Notes: generated by a model not told the origin, from the letters alone. A stretch of DNA of 64,000 bases from an archaeon (GCA_043810775.1 JBDRNU010000015.1:64001-128000); one strand, 5' to 3'; counted from the first letter of the stretch, positions 26,395 to 36,744 are shown. Made by a program: numbers and translations.

Positions 26395-28845
26395 CTAAGC
26401 TTCTGATGTAACTAAATCTGCAGATGTTGCAGAAGTACCCTTATATTTAGTACCTTCATCAGTTGTCACGGTTTGAGTTGTAACGTACTTAGCTGCATTT
26501 TGCGTATCTGCAGCCTCAAAACCAGCAACAAGCATTGCTACCTTATCAGCGTTGTAAGGTGATGCTGCTACTTCAATAAGGAATTCACCTGAAGCTACAC
26601 CAGTTTCAGTTGTCCAAGCTTCTCCACATATTGCAGATTCACTACCAAGCATTTTTGCGGCTGCTGCGTTTACACAGCTTCCACCAATAACAATCAGGTT
26701 CTTGCCTGAAACCTGGCTTACTTCACTGTCTGAGACAGTTACTGAACCAAGCTCACTTACTGAACCGCCAGTGCTTCCACTAGTTCCTCCACTAAGTGAT
26801 GCTGATGGTGATGCTAAGAAAACGTCTGCATACGATTGACTTCCAGCATAAGTTAAAGTTAACTTGTACTGGTCTCCTGATTTATCCCATTCAGCTAAGG
26901 TAGATAAATCAGATATGACATGACCCATATGATTGTCAGTGTCATCATCTTCAAACGTATTACCTCCAGACCACTCTGCTTGCACATTGCTTACATAAAC
27001 TTTGTTGTCTGTTGTGTCATCAAATGTAACATTAATAAGGTCTCCCTTAGCAATGTTTCCATCTTTGTCCTCTTCTTGTAAGCGTAGTGTATAAGTGTTA
27101 AATCCACAAGCTGCAGTACTCAACCATGCTCCTTTGTTAGTATCACTTGTATTAATAGCTCCATATCCACAAGAAGAATTAGCTTGTGTAAATGGTAACC
27201 AAATTACTAATCCACCTGCAGTGTAAAGTTGATGAAAGCTTCCACCTCCACCGACAGAAACATTTACCCATTTACTGTCCCCTAATTTTTCAATAGAGTT
27301 AACAGTTAAGACAACATTTCCTACATCACAAGTGTCACTTGCAGACAAGTCTGTACATATATTCTGACCTGTAACTTGGTCCTTAATAGTAGTCTTGTTT
27401 GCATTGTCCTTTGTGGTTACAGTTGCAGATAACAAGTGAGATTCACCCTCAGTTGTAGAGTTCCATGAAACTACAAATTGTTCGTCATTATTAGTGATAT
27501 TAAATAATATAGAATTGGCACTTGAAGTAACTAATTTGTTACTTGAGTCCTTTCCTATACCTCCAAAATCACCTGTAGAGTTTGCGTAAAGCAAATCTAT
27601 TGTAGCATCACCACTCTTTATTGGAGCTCTTAATTGAAGATAGTCATTTGCACCTGCTTTAATACTAACTTCTTCTGCTGCTGGAATAAAAAATTCACCC
27701 ATAGTGAACTTTACTGCTTCGAAACCAGGCATTGTAAGGTCAGTATCAGCTGCAATAAACTCTTCTTCATCTAAAGTCCAAACTATAACTATTTTGTCAA
27801 TAGTTTGTGCTCCTCCACTGGTTGATCCTCTGTCTATATAAGCTGTTAAGTCTTGGATGTCATCGTCATTTAGTTCAACTTTTTGGCCGTTTTCTAATAT
27901 AAGCTTTCCAGCTCCTATTGAAAACTCAACTGAACTAATACCTGTATCTTTGGCATTATACATAATGTCTTTGATACCCACATAACTACCATCTTTTAAC
28001 TTGTAAGTTCCACCTTCAGCCATAGAATTTGTGGATTCTCCATCAACACTTAACTTGACTTCTGTTGAACTAATAAACACTATCTGGACGTCATTATAAG
28101 TTTTACTGCCAGCAGTTACACTTATTGTTTCGCCCTCTGTTAGTTGTGCTGTATTAGCTGAGTCAAGGAAGGTCAACTTTATATTTGAGTTATTAAGTGC
28201 TGTAAGGATATAGTAACTCTTACCAAACATCTCAATATCTGTAGTTTCAAAATCATCTAAGTGAGTTGTAGTTACAGAAGTTGTTTGTGCATTGGTAATA
28301 AAGTCAAGTGTATAGTTAAGTATGTGTCTTCCTGATGCAATCTTCATACCTACAGTTGGTGTGTCTACTTTGTAGTCATCATCTGAAAAAAAGGACAAGT
28401 TTAGGTTTAGTCCTAGTTTTATTCTTTGTGTATATTTGTAGTCTGTATTGTCATCATTGGTATAAGTTCCATCAGCTAAAAGTACTGGTAAATGTTCGTC
28501 ACTCACTGTTGTAACAAATACATCTGCTACTGAGTCTCCCATATTAAGCCTATCGCTAGATCTGTCCAATCTGATAGAATCTCCACCAGATGCAACTACT
28601 CCACTAGCTGTGCTTCCGCCTTGAGCAGTTTGTGATGCTAGATGGAACTGTAAGTTCTGACCAACATCAACTGCAGCAGAAAGATCTGTTATAGCGGCAG
28701 TGGCTCCATGGACAATAGCGACATCAGCGCCTCCTCCTGATACAAAAGGGGCAGGGTAACTTGCAGCTGCTGCAATTCCAACAGTGCTTCCAAGCATTAC
28801 TACGCTCGCTACTACTGATGCGACTTTCCTGAAATTAAATTTCAT
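26395..28845 (-). CDS. Major S-layer protein (Methanococcales-type N- and C-terminal domains)
   Basis: N-terminal RKVAS...MLGST...YPAPFV..G...AIV.G...D and C-terminal NLIVIGGSCVN...LVAG..A.DT. Strong AAGGAGGT SD. Confidence 0.88.
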   Translation of the reverse strand: MKFNFRKVASVVASVVMLGSTVGIAAAASYPAPFVSGGGADVAIVHGATAAITDLSAAVDVGQNLQFHLASQTAQGGSTASGVVASGGDSIRLDRSSDRLNMGDSVADVFVTTVSDEHLPVLLADGTYTNDDNTDYKYTQRIKLGLNLNLSFFSDDDYKVDTPTVGMKIASGRHILNYTLDFITNAQTTSVTTTHLDDFETTDIEMFGKSYYILTALNNSNIKLTFLDSANTAQLTEGETISVTAGSKTYNDVQIVFISSTEVKLSVDGESTNSMAEGGTYKLKDGSYVGIKDIMYNAKDTGISSVEFSIGAGKLILENGQKVELNDDDIQDLTAYIDRGSTSGGAQTIDKIVIVWTLDEEEFIAADTDLTMPGFEAVKFTMGEFFIPAAEEVSIKAGANDYLQLRAPIKSGDATIDLLYANSTGDFGGIGKDSSNKLVTSSANSILFNITNNDEQFVVSWNSTTEGESHLLSATVTTKDNANKTTIKDQVTGQNICTDLSASDTCDVGNVVLTVNSIEKLGDSKWVNVSVGGGGSFHQLYTAGGLVIWLPFTQANSSCGYGAINTSDTNKGAWLSTAACGFNTYTLRLQEEDKDGNIAKGDLINVTFDDTTDNKVYVSNVQAEWSGGNTFEDDDTDNHMGHVISDLSTLAEWDKSGDQYKLTLTYAGSQSYADVFLASPSASLSGGTSGSTGGSVSELGSVTVSDSEVSQVSGKNLIVIGGSCVNAAAAKMLGSESAICGEAWTTETGVASGEFLIEVAASPYNADKVAMLVAGFEAADTQNAAKYVTTQTVTTDEGTKYKGTSATSADLVTSEA

Positions 28846-28980
28846 TTCTTAAACCTCCTTTCAATTATAGTTAAATATCTTGCCTAACAAGATAATTTAA
28901 TAGGGTTAATTCATTACCCTGTCAGACATTATTCACTGTAGTCACCCATTAGAATGTCATCTCTGGCTAGTCTCTGATAG
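28846..28980 (-). promoter_or_regulatory. Long structured 5' UTR of the S-layer gene
   Basis: TATA near 29000. Hairpins at 28871-28900, 28902-28920 and 28925-28958. Confidence 0.5.
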
Positions 28981-29233
28981 AAACATATAACTTTTTTTAG
29001 TTTAAAAAGCTTTCCCTATTTTTTAACCATTCATCGTCGGCAAACGCTATCAAAACTAAGGTTTATTTATAAAGCTTTCGGTGTCACTAGTTTATTAATA
29101 CAGTTAGGAATTGGGTTCAATAGAAAGGTTTTTAAGTATATATGATTTAAGATAACATATATAGGATAAAAAAACCTATAAGTGTAAAATATAACTTATA
29201 TTTATATGTTTAGAAAAAAGGACTATAACTAAA

Positions 29234-29590
29234 ATGGCAAAGAAAAGAACACGCACTGTAAATTTATATATAACTCCTACAACTTTCTCGTCGATATTTA
29301 AGCGCATTACTGGTGAAAAGCAAGAATTTGATTTTTCTGGTATAACTGAGCTTAGACAGTGTCTTTCTAATGAAAAGGCAAAGATCTTGCACGCAATTAA
29401 AGAAAAAGAACCTGATTCAATTTACCAGTTAGCTAAGCTTCTTAATCGTGATTTCAAGTCTGTTAATAATGATGTTAAGCTTCTTAAGAATTTTGGCTTT
29501 TTAGAGTTTAAATCTGAGTTTACTGGAAAGCGCAAAAAGCTTAAACCAGAAATAGCTATTGATTCTTTAAATGTGGTTATTAACTTTTAG
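29234..29590 (+). CDS. HVO_A0114-like wHTH transcriptional regulator
   Basis: LS.E...IL..I....P.SIY.LAK.L.RD.KSV..DV..L...G pattern. Confidence 0.75.
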   Translation: MAKKRTRTVNLYITPTTFSSIFKRITGEKQEFDFSGITELRQCLSNEKAKILHAIKEKEPDSIYQLAKLLNRDFKSVNNDVKLLKNFGFLEFKSEFTGKRKKLKPEIAIDSLNVVINF

Positions 29591-30134
29591 TGCATACTTG
29601 CATATCAGTAATTATATCTCCAGGTGACTTATGGATAATTCCACTAGCTCCAAGAATATTACCACTGCAGTTTCCTTGTTCAATGCTGACTAGTGGATAC
29701 TCGAACTGGTCTTCTCTATAATAAATATATACTTCATAGTATTTTGTAGGTACGTCTGGCCCTATAAGCCAGGTTTCTTCTAAAATACTAGAAAACTCCT
29801 CTTCAAGCACATCGCAAGAGTCTCTATCCCCTAAACACTCTTCACCATCATAGCATTTTTTAATAAGTTTTTCTATACTAAGATACTGGGGCTCAAACCC
29901 AACTGCGCATGCAGTAGTATACATTAAAGCAGAATCTAAGAATTTATCAATTTTTTCAGATTCACTTATTTTTACATCTTTTCTAATACTCATTCCCAAG
30001 AAAATAAGGGCAACTATACTAACTATCACTATAATTAGCACAAATCCTATCATCTCTTCTTGCGAGCGCTTGCACGAGACTAATTTATTAGATGAATAAC
30101 GAGCGCAGGCGCGAGTTGAGCATTTACTTTTCAT
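29580..30134 (-). CDS. Pilin-like protein (class III signal peptide-like)
   Basis: KRS/QEEMIGFVLIIVIV: basic residues, small residue, Q, then a hydrophobic helix. Several Cys. Confidence 0.6.
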   Translation of the reverse strand: MKSKCSTRACARYSSNKLVSCKRSQEEMIGFVLIIVIVSIVALIFLGMSIRKDVKISESEKIDKFLDSALMYTTACAVGFEPQYLSIEKLIKKCYDGEECLGDRDSCDVLEEEFSSILEETWLIGPDVPTKYYEVYIYYREDQFEYPLVSIEQGNCSGNILGASGIIHKSPGDIITDMQVCTKS

Positions 30135-30649
30135 TGTATTTCTACCTCATACCCTACTAATATCTTACCTATATCACATTTAGTGAAAATATAGCTTTCC
30201 TGGCTTTCTCTTCTGCATAAAGCTACAAAACTTTCTACTTTTCTCTCACTTTCAACCCTCTTATCATAAATCTTAAATAAATTACAGTTTGGGTAAGTTC
30301 CCATATCACACTCTATCTCACTAGTCTCTTGAGGGTAAACTTTTCTTATTTCAATGCTAGATATTGAACTAGGCCAAAAACCATTATAAATAGCCCTATC
30401 TTTAAGTAGAATCATTCTATCAAAATCCAAGCAATTCACCCCACAGCTAAATTCTGGAGAATTAGCAAGCATATTTACAAGCCTAATTGCCTCATTTTGA
30501 TCTAATAAGCTTGCTTTTTTATATAAGCTTGAAGTAGAGATTGTTAGATAGAATAATCCTGCAAGTATAAAAAATAACACAATAGCCATTAGCATGAAAG
30601 CCATTTGCTGTATTTTTAATTGCGAGCGTTTTTTTACACTAAATTCCAT
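30131..30649 (-). CDS. Pilin-like protein (class III signal peptide-like)
   Basis: KKRS/QLKIQQMAFMLMAIVLFF. ATG at 30649. Confidence 0.6.
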   Translation of the reverse strand: MEFSVKKRSQLKIQQMAFMLMAIVLFFILAGLFYLTISTSSLYKKASLLDQNEAIRLVNMLANSPEFSCGVNCLDFDRMILLKDRAIYNGFWPSSISSIEIRKVYPQETSEIECDMGTYPNCNLFKIYDKRVESERKVESFVALCRRESQESYIFTKCDIGKILVGYEVEIQ

Positions 30650-31599
30650 AATAAGCACTCTCCAAAACCAGCTTTTTCTTCAATTTCCAGTGATTTATCA
30701 TATACTCCTTGAGTTTTTAGGTCTTCTGAACTTTCAACAAGCTGGGCTTTTTGAGCTAAGACTAAAAAATCACTATATAATCCAGTATGACAATCCCTAC
30801 CTTCTAAAAAATTACTTTCTTCAGCATAAAGATAAGCTAATTGTTCTGCCCTTCCCATAAGTCTCTCTACATTACACTCATATATTTCTGGGCTAGAGAA
30901 AATAGCCGCATAAAGCAGGTTTTTGTAATAATATAACTGCTCCCTATCTTTAGTTACATAACCCTCATCATAACTATCTCCTATTTTTTCTACATTAATA
31001 TCACAATCTCTGCTCCTCATTCCATTCCCAAAACAAATCTTTTTACTGTCTTCTTGGCAGGTTGCATTAATCTCTACATTTCCTAGTATAATCAGATTAT
31101 CCTCAATTTCATTAGAGGGATTTTTAAAGCAGTATTTATCAGAATACATCATTGTCAGTGAAGCTACTTTATATCCTGTTTCAAAAGGCATTGAAAACAT
31201 ATAGACTTTCTTTCCCTGAACTTCATCAGAGAAAATATATTTATTTCTTAATCTTATTTCTCCCCCAGGTTCTTGCCATTCATCTCCAACTCCGCTTTTA
31301 GTTGAGAGTGAAAATTCCTGCCAGCCAAAAGTGCCTGTTTTTTCACACTCATTAAATATTTTAGTTTCAGAATTAAAACTAATATAAGCCGTCTTTTCAG
31401 CCTCAATACTTGTTTCAAGTGGAGAGAAAATTATGCTTAGTTTTTTTGCTGTTTCTGTGTCTATTTTATACTTACTAACATGAATAAATTGAGTAGTTGT
31501 ATAAATTGCAATTGCAATTATGAAAATTCCTGCCAAAATTGCAAATATAATTGAAAAACTAAATTCAAAACCTCTTTTATTAATCATTTTAAATCTCAT
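30634..31599 (-). CDS. Pilin-like protein (class III signal peptide-like)
   Basis: NKRG/FEFSFSIIFAILAG. Alternative start at 31587. Confidence 0.6.
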   Translation of the reverse strand: MRFKMINKRGFEFSFSIIFAILAGIFIIAIAIYTTTQFIHVSKYKIDTETAKKLSIIFSPLETSIEAEKTAYISFNSETKIFNECEKTGTFGWQEFSLSTKSGVGDEWQEPGGEIRLRNKYIFSDEVQGKKVYMFSMPFETGYKVASLTMMYSDKYCFKNPSNEIEDNLIILGNVEINATCQEDSKKICFGNGMRSRDCDINVEKIGDSYDEGYVTKDREQLYYYKNLLYAAIFSSPEIYECNVERLMGRAEQLAYLYAEESNFLEGRDCHTGLYSDFLVLAQKAQLVESSEDLKTQGVYDKSLEIEEKAGFGECLLWNLV

Positions 31600-31605
31600 C
31601 AGATG

Positions 31606-31684
31606 TCAGAAACTTTATGTTTCTGATCACTCTCAAGAACTTCTGTTCTTGAAGGTTTAAAAGACAGAAAATTATCAAATTTTC
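31606..31684. repeat. Cluster of three related palindromes (REP-like element)
   Basis: TCAGAAAC-5nt-GTTTCTGA, TCAAGAAC-4nt-GTTCTTGA and GAAAATT-4nt-AATTTTC. Confidence 0.6.
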
Positions 31685-31691
31685 CGTATTT

Positions 31692-32195
31692 TTAACAATC
31701 ACTGCCTATGCAAACTAATCTTTCATAATATCCTTTTTCAATTCTAAAACTAATTTTCGAATCAATATTTTCTATACAATATGGATTAAGCCTATTTGTA
31801 ATCTTGCTTATATTTATATCAGGAATATAATAATAAGGTAAGTTGCAAGCTTGTTCAGGAGGGTATAAGTAAACACTAGCTTCATAAATATCATATCTTT
31901 TCAATTCATCAAATATATCTTTTTTATTTGTAGAGGCTTTGCTAAAATCTACAAAGCATAAATAATCTATATCTTTTGGCATATATCCTGAGAATTCCTG
32001 GCTTGAAGAAGGAGACTTCCATACAATATCTACACTATCTTTTAAGTCACCCATATATGAGGCAATTTGAGTGCATTTCCTTAATTCAAGAAAATGATTA
32101 ATTGCAATAAATGCAATTATTACAAATAATACAATTAAGAATATGGAAAATATCATTCCAAATGGCAGTTGCATGTCGCCTCTTTTTCCTCTCAT
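31692..32195 (-). CDS. Pilin-like protein (class III signal peptide-like)
   Basis: GKRG/DMQLPFGMIFSIFLIVLFV followed by a Cys-containing globular domain. Confidence 0.62.
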   Translation of the reverse strand: MRGKRGDMQLPFGMIFSIFLIVLFVIIAFIAINHFLELRKCTQIASYMGDLKDSVDIVWKSPSSSQEFSGYMPKDIDYLCFVDFSKASTNKKDIFDELKRYDIYEASVYLYPPEQACNLPYYYIPDINISKITNRLNPYCIENIDSKISFRIEKGYYERLVCIGSDC

Positions 32196-32226
32196 TAAAT
32201 AATTAAGAAATTAGGTTATTTAAAAC

Positions 32227-35200
32227 CTACTCATTATATCCTCGGGCTATGATGCTGCATTCAGAAGGATTAGGCTGTTTTCCTGAAGTATCTCTACACT
32301 TTATATAATATGAGAAATCAGTATTCCACTCTGCATAGTGTTCAGTAGTATTTGAATAAGGCATTTGTATTCCTTCATTAAAATTAAAATTACAAGTACT
32401 AGTAGAGTATGAACAATCAGAATCTTCATCAGTAATAATCTTCAAGCAGCCAGCATTTCCGCATATTTTGCTAGGTCCTGTATCTTGGTAAACTCTGACT
32501 ACTGTAGGTGCTTCTCTGTCAACCTTAACTGTAAATTCAGTATCTGCAAAATCAGTATTTCCACCTAAATCAGTGCATTTAAAATAATAATGATAGTCTC
32601 CTTCCGGCAGGTCTTGTCTCTGTTGATGAGTATAATCCCTAGTATCAAAAAACATTATCCAGTCTTTTTCTTGTCCAGTTGTGCTATAAAAGCAAAATGC
32701 ATCTCCATCACAACAGCCATTGTCAGTTACAATTTCAAGATATACAGGGAAAATATCAGTTCCGCCTGAAATTGTTTCATTTGGCCCGTAGCTGAGTATA
32801 TCTAGTGGTTGTGTTCCTAGCAAGGTAAATTCAAAGCTTTGCCTGTTTTCATTTCTGTCACCTTCAGGCTTTCCAGGCTGGTCTTTGCATCTAAAGTAAA
32901 ATTTATTTTCAACCCTGTCTTGTATTCCAGTCAGAGTAGAAGAGCACTTATACAATAAATTAGCACCCATTTCCCAGACTCTAGTTGAGCATGCAAAGGA
33001 ATTTTCCATAACATCATAATCTTTGTTTTCTCTTGACCATTTGCATTCAGATGGTTCATTTACATAAAGTTCAAAATAAACCTGGCTAGTGTTGTAAGCA
33101 ACTGGCATTCCGCTAATTATGCTTGTATTATAAATTACTGGAGGAGTTAAATCTGGTCCAGCTTCTACACAGAATCTTATTGCAAATTCATCATCATTTA
33201 CATTTCCATTAGCGTCTTGGCATCTTGTATATAGTGTATAAGTTCCGTCTGGTTGTATAAGTGGATTTTCAGCTCCTTCCAATACACTTGCCCCCGGCAA
33301 GCTTAATCTTTGAGTATGATTATACAAGTATAAATTAGTTTCTCCAAAATAATAAGACATACTTTCAATATCTTTAGTGTGATTATAGTCAATCTTGCAC
33401 TGAGCAGGTTCATTTGTCATTAATCCAAATGTTATTGGTGTAAATGCCTTTATACAGCCGTCTCTAGTTTCTTGGCTTGTTATTTGCATTCCAATTGAAG
33501 GTGGTCTTGTATCTACATTAGTATAGCTATGGTCTAAGCTTAGTGCATCTTCCCATGGAGTTATTGTTGGGCTATTTACATCATGAGGATTTATCCAGAC
33601 ACAGGACTCATTTCCAATGCTTCCTGCATTTAACAGTTCGCAAGCCTGCCCTAATGACTTGCATCTATATTCTGAGCAAGGTCTAAATGGGTCGCCATTG
33701 CATTCCTCGCAATTATGCCCTCCTACTGGGGCTTCCCATGTCTCGCATGTAAATATTACCTTCTTTTGAGTTACCTCTTCATATAAAATTATAAAGACTA
33801 TTATTCCTATTGCTATTCCTGCTATTGCTCCTCCTGCGCTTAACTGCCCTATTCCTAATCCTCCTTGTGACCACCCCCCACTACCAGCTAAAGGACTTGA
33901 TAAAAGCCTCGCACTAAACCCGGCTGCAAATCCAGCTGCTCCTAATGCCTTGCTCATCTCTTCACTTGCCCCCATCATACTTGCCCCCATATAAAGCAGT
34001 CCTCCAACAAACATCCCCCATCCCAATGATGCTACAAGAACTCCTCCAGCGGTCCCTGGTTGTACTAAATTACCTAGTCCTCCACCTGTATTTGCTGGTG
34101 ATGTTTGAGATGCAGGACCTGGTGTTGTTGAAGGTGCTGTAGTTACACTTCCTTCTGCGATAATTTTATTTTCCCCAAATGTCACTTTATCAGCAGTAAT
34201 AGCTACTCCACCCCCATCAGCCCCTTTCACACCCCCTACCCCAAACACCAACCCAACCAATCCTCCCACCCCACCGCTCAACAACCTGACAGCAGGCAGG
34301 ATAAAATCAGTCTTTATCTTTGAAATTTTCAAATCATAACCCTCATCATAGCCATCCTCTCCCAAATAATTAACCTTGCCATCGCAGTCTCCCATGCTTG
34401 CACATAATTCCTTCATCTGATTCTGCCAGCTCTCATCAAGGCACTCACAATTTTTAGTGCAGTCTTCATCACTATAAATTTTCTTTTCAAATTCAACAAC
34501 ACAAACAGCACTAGCTTGCGAGCAAACTCCCTGAGCATCTCCTTTAGTGCTGTAAAAATCCAATCCAGGCGAATAACTTGGAACACAGCTCATATTTTTT
34601 CCTGCAATGCTTCCTATCCACTCGCAATCTCTTTTATCAGTATTTTCACAATCATCTTGCTCACCCTGAAATATACAATCCTGCCACCTATTAGCAACAC
34701 ACCCAGCTTGTGAGAACAACCCATGGTCAGTTTCAATTCCGCCCTGCCAGCAAACTTCTTGTCTAAAATCAGCGCACGGCTCTACAATCTCTTCATTAGA
34801 AATACAAATATGTCTCCACTCTCTAGCTCCAACAGCATTAGCATCTTCATCACCTACACTAGTCGCTGTACCATCATACATGCACCATGACTCTCCGTGA
34901 TTAAAATCCTGCCCATTATAAGTTTTCTCGCAATCTAAATCTCTGCAAATGCTCTCTCCATAGCTAGGTCTAGTGCTATCTTGGCTTCTGTCATAAGCTC
35001 TGCAAATACTTCCATAAAAATAATCACAATTTCCGCATCCAGCAGAATTAGCATTCGCACTTCCAGCTCCACAGCTCTCATCCTTGCTGTAAACTTTTTT
35101 CCAGTATAAGTCATCATTTATTTTGCTAGCATCATAAATATTAGCAGGATTTCCGCAAGTATCAATAAAATAAACCTCATCTAATCCAGAAACACAAATA

Positions 35201-35877
35201 GTCTCACTTGATTTCCCGCAATTAGTAGCAAGCTCTTCAGCTGAGCAAAGCCAGTCTTTATGAAAAGTAATATTTCCAGTAACAGTTCCTTCATCAGAAC
35301 CAACTAAACCTTCATCACACTGCTGTCTAGTAACAAATTTGCAGCTCCGGATATAATCTGTTTCATATACGCAAGCTCCCTTATCCTGGCTGTGAGCCAT
35401 TTCAATACAAGCATCTTCATCCTGAACATTAGTTCTAAAATTAGTATTTAATCCATAAAATGCGCTTATTCTTTTGCATCTAGTTAAAGTTACTAAAGCC
35501 GCCTCATTAGCAAGAATACAACAACCTAATTCACACTGTGCAATATTACAATCTTTTCCTTCAGACCAGGTGCCATTTTTTTCAATGCAAACTCTTTCAG
35601 GAGTATTTTCCATGCATAGTCCTTCCTTGCCATCATAACAGCATCCCTCTCTGCAAAAAGAAGTAGCATCACAGCTTGTAGGGCTACTCCTATAATTAGA
35701 ATTGCAGCTTGCACTTTCAGAATTCTGGCACCAAGCTCCATAGCTTGTTTTTTCACAGCATACACTAGTTTCTTGAGCGCTTACAACTGCAAAACCAGAA
35801 CTTAATATATAAGCAATTGCAAAAATACTAATTACTAGTAAGCAAATTTCACTAATTGAATAAAATTTCTTCATCAT
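32227..35877 (-). CDS. Giant Cys-rich secreted/membrane protein A with central Gly-rich hydrophobic core and C-terminal Ig-like domains
   Basis: Signal peptide ending VSA/Q, dozens of Cys, and a hydrophobic Gly-rich block. D.T.P motifs start beta domains. Paralog of 37316..41074. Confidence 0.75.
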   Translation of the reverse strand: MMKKFYSISEICLLVISIFAIAYILSSGFAVVSAQETSVCCEKTSYGAWCQNSESASCNSNYRSSPTSCDATSFCREGCCYDGKEGLCMENTPERVCIEKNGTWSEGKDCNIAQCELGCCILANEAALVTLTRCKRISAFYGLNTNFRTNVQDEDACIEMAHSQDKGACVYETDYIRSCKFVTRQQCDEGLVGSDEGTVTGNITFHKDWLCSAEELATNCGKSSETICVSGLDEVYFIDTCGNPANIYDASKINDDLYWKKVYSKDESCGAGSANANSAGCGNCDYFYGSICRAYDRSQDSTRPSYGESICRDLDCEKTYNGQDFNHGESWCMYDGTATSVGDEDANAVGAREWRHICISNEEIVEPCADFRQEVCWQGGIETDHGLFSQAGCVANRWQDCIFQGEQDDCENTDKRDCEWIGSIAGKNMSCVPSYSPGLDFYSTKGDAQGVCSQASAVCVVEFEKKIYSDEDCTKNCECLDESWQNQMKELCASMGDCDGKVNYLGEDGYDEGYDLKISKIKTDFILPAVRLLSGGVGGLVGLVFGVGGVKGADGGGVAITADKVTFGENKIIAEGSVTTAPSTTPGPASQTSPANTGGGLGNLVQPGTAGGVLVASLGWGMFVGGLLYMGASMMGASEEMSKALGAAGFAAGFSARLLSSPLAGSGGWSQGGLGIGQLSAGGAIAGIAIGIIVFIILYEEVTQKKVIFTCETWEAPVGGHNCEECNGDPFRPCSEYRCKSLGQACELLNAGSIGNESCVWINPHDVNSPTITPWEDALSLDHSYTNVDTRPPSIGMQITSQETRDGCIKAFTPITFGLMTNEPAQCKIDYNHTKDIESMSYYFGETNLYLYNHTQRLSLPGASVLEGAENPLIQPDGTYTLYTRCQDANGNVNDDEFAIRFCVEAGPDLTPPVIYNTSIISGMPVAYNTSQVYFELYVNEPSECKWSRENKDYDVMENSFACSTRVWEMGANLLYKCSSTLTGIQDRVENKFYFRCKDQPGKPEGDRNENRQSFEFTLLGTQPLDILSYGPNETISGGTDIFPVYLEIVTDNGCCDGDAFCFYSTTGQEKDWIMFFDTRDYTHQQRQDLPEGDYHYYFKCTDLGGNTDFADTEFTVKVDREAPTVVRVYQDTGPSKICGNAGCLKIITDEDSDCSYSTSTCNFNFNEGIQMPYSNTTEHYAEWNTDFSYYIKCRDTSGKQPNPSECSIIARGYNE

Positions 35878-35878
35878 C

Positions 35879-36655
35879 TTATTTTATTGTACCAGTGCTA
35901 TATCCTGGAGGCCAGCTCAAGCTTCTAGTGGCAAATATAAATTTTTCTTCTGTAATTCTGTCAGTTAAAACATAAATCTTGCTTCCATCAGACTGCTTGT
36001 ATTTTTCAACTTTCAAGTCAGGATAATATAACATATAAGTAAGAGGGTCAGAATCTCCTAATCTAGCTTCATAGTTTAGTATTGATGTAGAAATCATAAC
36101 TAAATCATATAATCCAGAGTCTAATGAAAATTTAATAGTTTCATAAGTATCACTTACACCCTCTCTTTTGTTTAGCACCATATTCATGTTAATATCAAAT
36201 ATAATCCTATCAGGAATAAATTCAACATTTAATTCATTATTTCCTAAAGCAACAATATACCCCTGCTTCTCCATTTGCTTTTTCAAGCTTAAAGCACACT
36301 CTCTAGTTACTTGCTGAAGTTCAGCTTCCAGCTCCTCTTCAATATGCTGTTTAAGAAGTGGTTGCTGCATTGTGCAAGTATCATAATACTCATTAGTATA
36401 GCATAAATAATCAACATCATAACCCTCATACCAGATGCTATTTTCCGGAGAAAAACTCCCACCTTTTTTAGTTAAAATATCTAGTTTATCTTCGGCAATA
36501 TCTTCTACACAACCCTTCATATAAGCATTAGGTTCAGTTGGCCCAAATACTACTGATTCAATCCTAGGCCAGAATAAAACTATTAATACAGAAACTATAA
36601 GTATAGCTATAATTACAAATATGGTAATTTGCGCCCTCTTTTTTAAACTATGCAT
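35879..36655 (-). CDS. Pilin-like protein (KKRA/QITIFVII), paralog 1
   Basis: Class III signal-like N-terminus. GG...P, YLCY...Y..C..Q.P and F.FA motifs are shared with 41078..41848. Confidence 0.7.
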   Translation of the reverse strand: MHSLKKRAQITIFVIIAILIVSVLIVLFWPRIESVVFGPTEPNAYMKGCVEDIAEDKLDILTKKGGSFSPENSIWYEGYDVDYLCYTNEYYDTCTMQQPLLKQHIEEELEAELQQVTRECALSLKKQMEKQGYIVALGNNELNVEFIPDRIIFDINMNMVLNKREGVSDTYETIKFSLDSGLYDLVMISTSILNYEARLGDSDPLTYMLYYPDLKVEKYKQSDGSKIYVLTDRITEEKFIFATRSLSWPPGYSTGTIK

Positions 36656-36744
36656 GTTTTTTCAACGCGAGCTATATTTATAAAGTTTATTAAAGCAAAT
36701 AACTCAAGAATAAATTTAAATACTTCAGTTCAAAGTTCCTATTA

